From an uncultured Candidatus Actinomarina sp. (GTDB lineage: Bacteria; Actinomycetota; Acidimicrobiia; Actinomarinales; Actinomarinaceae), in assembly GCA_902510055.1 (NCBI GenBank), contig CABWZY010000003.1, positions 15,067-79,066 of the forward strand: 64,000 bases of DNA, written 5' to 3'. The position numbers were made by a program, and so were the translations under genes. Under the pieces are notes generated by a model that saw nothing but the letters and a program-made list of their open reading frames with translations, did no database searches and had not been told where the DNA came from. Below, one piece after another: positions 62,467 to 64,000 of the stretch. The number at the start of each line of letters is the position of its first letter. The first letter of the stretch is position 1.

Positions 62467-62658
62467 TTAGTTATTTATTGAAAACCTTGAGAGATAATCC
62501 CAAATATCTTCTGCAACTACTATTTCTACCCTATTTCCTATTGAATTTAAGCTAAAATTTTTAATAATAGGGGTAGATATTGAGGTATAAATCATTATTA
62601 ATATTGCGATTATTATCTTATCTTGCATAATTTTCATAATAATTATTAGGTATGACAC
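62467..62658 (-). CDS. small membrane protein divergent from lexA (candidate SOS-regulated protein)
   Basis: 63 aa. N-terminal TM. Start codon is 7 nt from the SOS-box-like operator. Sits in the position of Mtb chiZ (Rv2719c) between lexA and nrdR. Confidence 0.4.
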   Translation of the reverse strand: MSYLIIIMKIMQDKIIIAILIMIYTSISTPIIKNFSLNSIGNRVEIVVAEDIWDYLSRFSINN

Positions 62659-62664
62659 TTTTTA

Positions 62665-62680
62665 TCGAACATTTGTACTA
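62665..62680. promoter_or_regulatory. LexA operator-like site TCGAAC-ATTT-GTACTA (Cheo-box-like GAAC-N4-GTAC)
   Basis: Lies 11 nt upstream of the lexA ATG. Matches the actinobacterial and Gram-positive SOS box consensus TCGAAC-N4-GTTCGA at 10 of 12 positions. Confidence 0.4.
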
Positions 62681-62690
62681 TAATTAACAT

Positions 62691-63278
62691 ATGGTTAGTA
62701 AGAAACAGCAAGAAATTTTAAATTTCATTAATAAAAATATTGAAATAAAAGGATATTCACCCACAGTGAGGGAAATTTGTAAAGAAGTTAATTTAAAATC
62801 TACAAGTACTGTTCAATATCATTTAAACAAACTTATAAATTTAGGTTTTTTACAAAAAAGTAACAATATCTCTAGATCTATTCAAAGTTTAAACATGAAA
62901 AGTAAGTACAGTATTCCAATTCTAGGTGAAATTTCTGCTGGCCAACCGTTGATAGCTGAAGAAAATTATATAGGGGAACTACCTTATTTCGGTAAAGAAA
63001 GGAATAATGAGTTAATAGCATTAAAAATAAATGGAGATTCTATGATAGAAGCTGGTTTATTTGATGATGACTTAGTAGTGATTGATAAATCTATTATGCC
63101 GACAGATGGTGATATAGGTGCTTTTTTAATTAACAACACTGAAGCTACAGTTAAATACATTGACACTATTGAAAAAAAGAAATATTTAATACCTGCAAAT
63201 AAAAATTATAACAATTTAATCGTTGATGAAAACATAAGTTCTATAGGAAAAGTTATATCCTTATTTAGAGATATGTAA
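62691..63278 (+). CDS. lexA: LexA repressor
   Basis: 195 aa. N-terminal winged HTH. C-terminal S24 peptidase (GDSM... and a downstream K). Confidence 0.9.
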   Translation: MVSKKQQEILNFINKNIEIKGYSPTVREICKEVNLKSTSTVQYHLNKLINLGFLQKSNNISRSIQSLNMKSKYSIPILGEISAGQPLIAEENYIGELPYFGKERNNELIALKINGDSMIEAGLFDDDLVVIDKSIMPTDGDIGAFLINNTEATVKYIDTIEKKKYLIPANKNYNNLIVDENISSIGKVISLFRDM

Positions 63279-63999
63279 CTTCACCTTTTAAATGAATCAT
63301 ATTATTTTTAAAACTCATTTCCAGCTTGCCACCTGGATAAACGACTATAGAATTATTATCTGTTTTATTTGTATCAAATAAATAATAAAACATACATATT
63401 GCACCTGAACCACAAGCATCAGTTTCACCTACACCCCTCTCATGCACTCTTGCAGTTATAAATTTATTATCATTTAGTTCATATATTTCTATATTAGTTT
63501 CACCTTTTAAAATTTCTGATTTATTAACTTTGTCTGCAAAATCATTTAAATCAAAATTTTTAACATTTGAAACTTCAGTCAACAAATGAGGATTCCCAAT
63601 ATTAGCTATTATGCATTCTTGATTATCTATAATTATTTTATCCTTATGATAAGAAGGCAATTTAATTTCTATTGAAACATCGTGTTCATCAACTTTTGTT
63701 TCAACTTCCCCGATAGGTGCTATAACTTTAATATTTGAAGAATTTACAAGTTTATTGTCAATTGAATATTTTGCAACACATCTAATTCCATTAACACATA
63801 ATTCTGCGGTTGAACCATCAACATTAAAATAATGCATCTTTACTGTAATATTATTAATTTTTTCGATAAATATAACACCATCAATATCATAAATTGAATC
63901 AGCAACCATTGATATAATTTCTATTTCAGTTTTTTCACCTGTATATTCACTCATTAAAAAATTGTTTCCAGTACCTGACATATATTGAAAATTATTCAT
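63265..63999 (-). CDS. dapF: diaminopimelate epimerase
   Basis: 244 aa. SGTGNNF and GETDACGSGA active-site Cys motifs. The N-terminus is at the window edge. Confidence 0.8.
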   Translation of the reverse strand: MNNFQYMSGTGNNFLMSEYTGEKTEIEIISMVADSIYDIDGVIFIEKINNITVKMHYFNVDGSTAELCVNGIRCVAKYSIDNKLVNSSNIKVIAPIGEVETKVDEHDVSIEIKLPSYHKDKIIIDNQECIIANIGNPHLLTEVSNVKNFDLNDFADKVNKSEILKGETNIEIYELNDNKFITARVHERGVGETDACGSGAICMFYYLFDTNKTDNNSIVVYPGGKLEMSFKNNMIHLKGEVTYL

Positions 64000-64000
64000 T

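Overview
Very AT-rich, tightly packed bacterial chromosome segment. Almost every gene from about 2.4 to 39.7 kb lies on the minus strand, with overlapping or abutting start and stop codons. The window opens with the 5' part of a 23S rRNA and a complete 16S rRNA on the minus strand, separated by a spacer with no tRNA. After that come housekeeping genes in an order that matches the Mycobacterium/Actinobacteria arrangement locus by locus. The matching loci are tyrS-mpg, infC-rpmI-rplT-pheST, ribH-ribBA-ribE-ribD-rpe-fmt-def-priA-coaBC-rpoZ-gmk-mihF, efp, mltG-ruvX-alaS, aspS-hisS-glyoxalase II-relA, secFD-yajC, yebC-pdxT-pdxS-pimA-patA-pgsA(PI synthase)-thrS, and nrdR-lexA-dapF. My reading is that this is a low-GC, genome-streamlined actinobacterium, possibly a marine ultrasmall lineage; this is an inference from gene order only. 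Against that conserved backbone several things stand out. (1) The conserved yebC-ruvC-ruvA-ruvB position holds no ruvCAB. Instead there is a 117-aa protein whose catalytic motif spacing (E..GS..D-x12-E-x-K) matches the archaeal Holliday junction resolvase Hjc. (2) hisS encodes only the catalytic core and has no anticodon-binding domain. (3) The PriA ortholog keeps its N-terminal DNA-binding region but has no recognisable helicase Walker motifs or zinc-finger cysteines. (4) A 63-aa membrane protein is transcribed divergently from lexA across a Cheo/SOS-box-like operator; it is a candidate SOS-induced division inhibitor. (5) The ORF track misses a 39-codon lipoprotein ORF that is coupled by ATGA overlap between a thioesterase and a lipoprotein cyclophilin. 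(6) A secreted protein with a DUF3048 domain and a peptidoglycan-binding domain carries about 5.8 perfect 30-bp tandem repeats that encode a Thr-rich linker, and a paralog sits next to it. (7) A Firmicute/archaeal-style split gcvPA/gcvPB operon ends in a divergent ALDH-like gene. (8) A GH1 beta-glycosidase, a DoxX-like membrane protein and glpK form a block that suggests glycosyl-glycerol catabolism. A tRNA-Val/Cys/Gly cluster flanks an SOS-response-associated peptidase gene. I saw no CRISPR, no obvious mobile element and no canonical defense-system genes.
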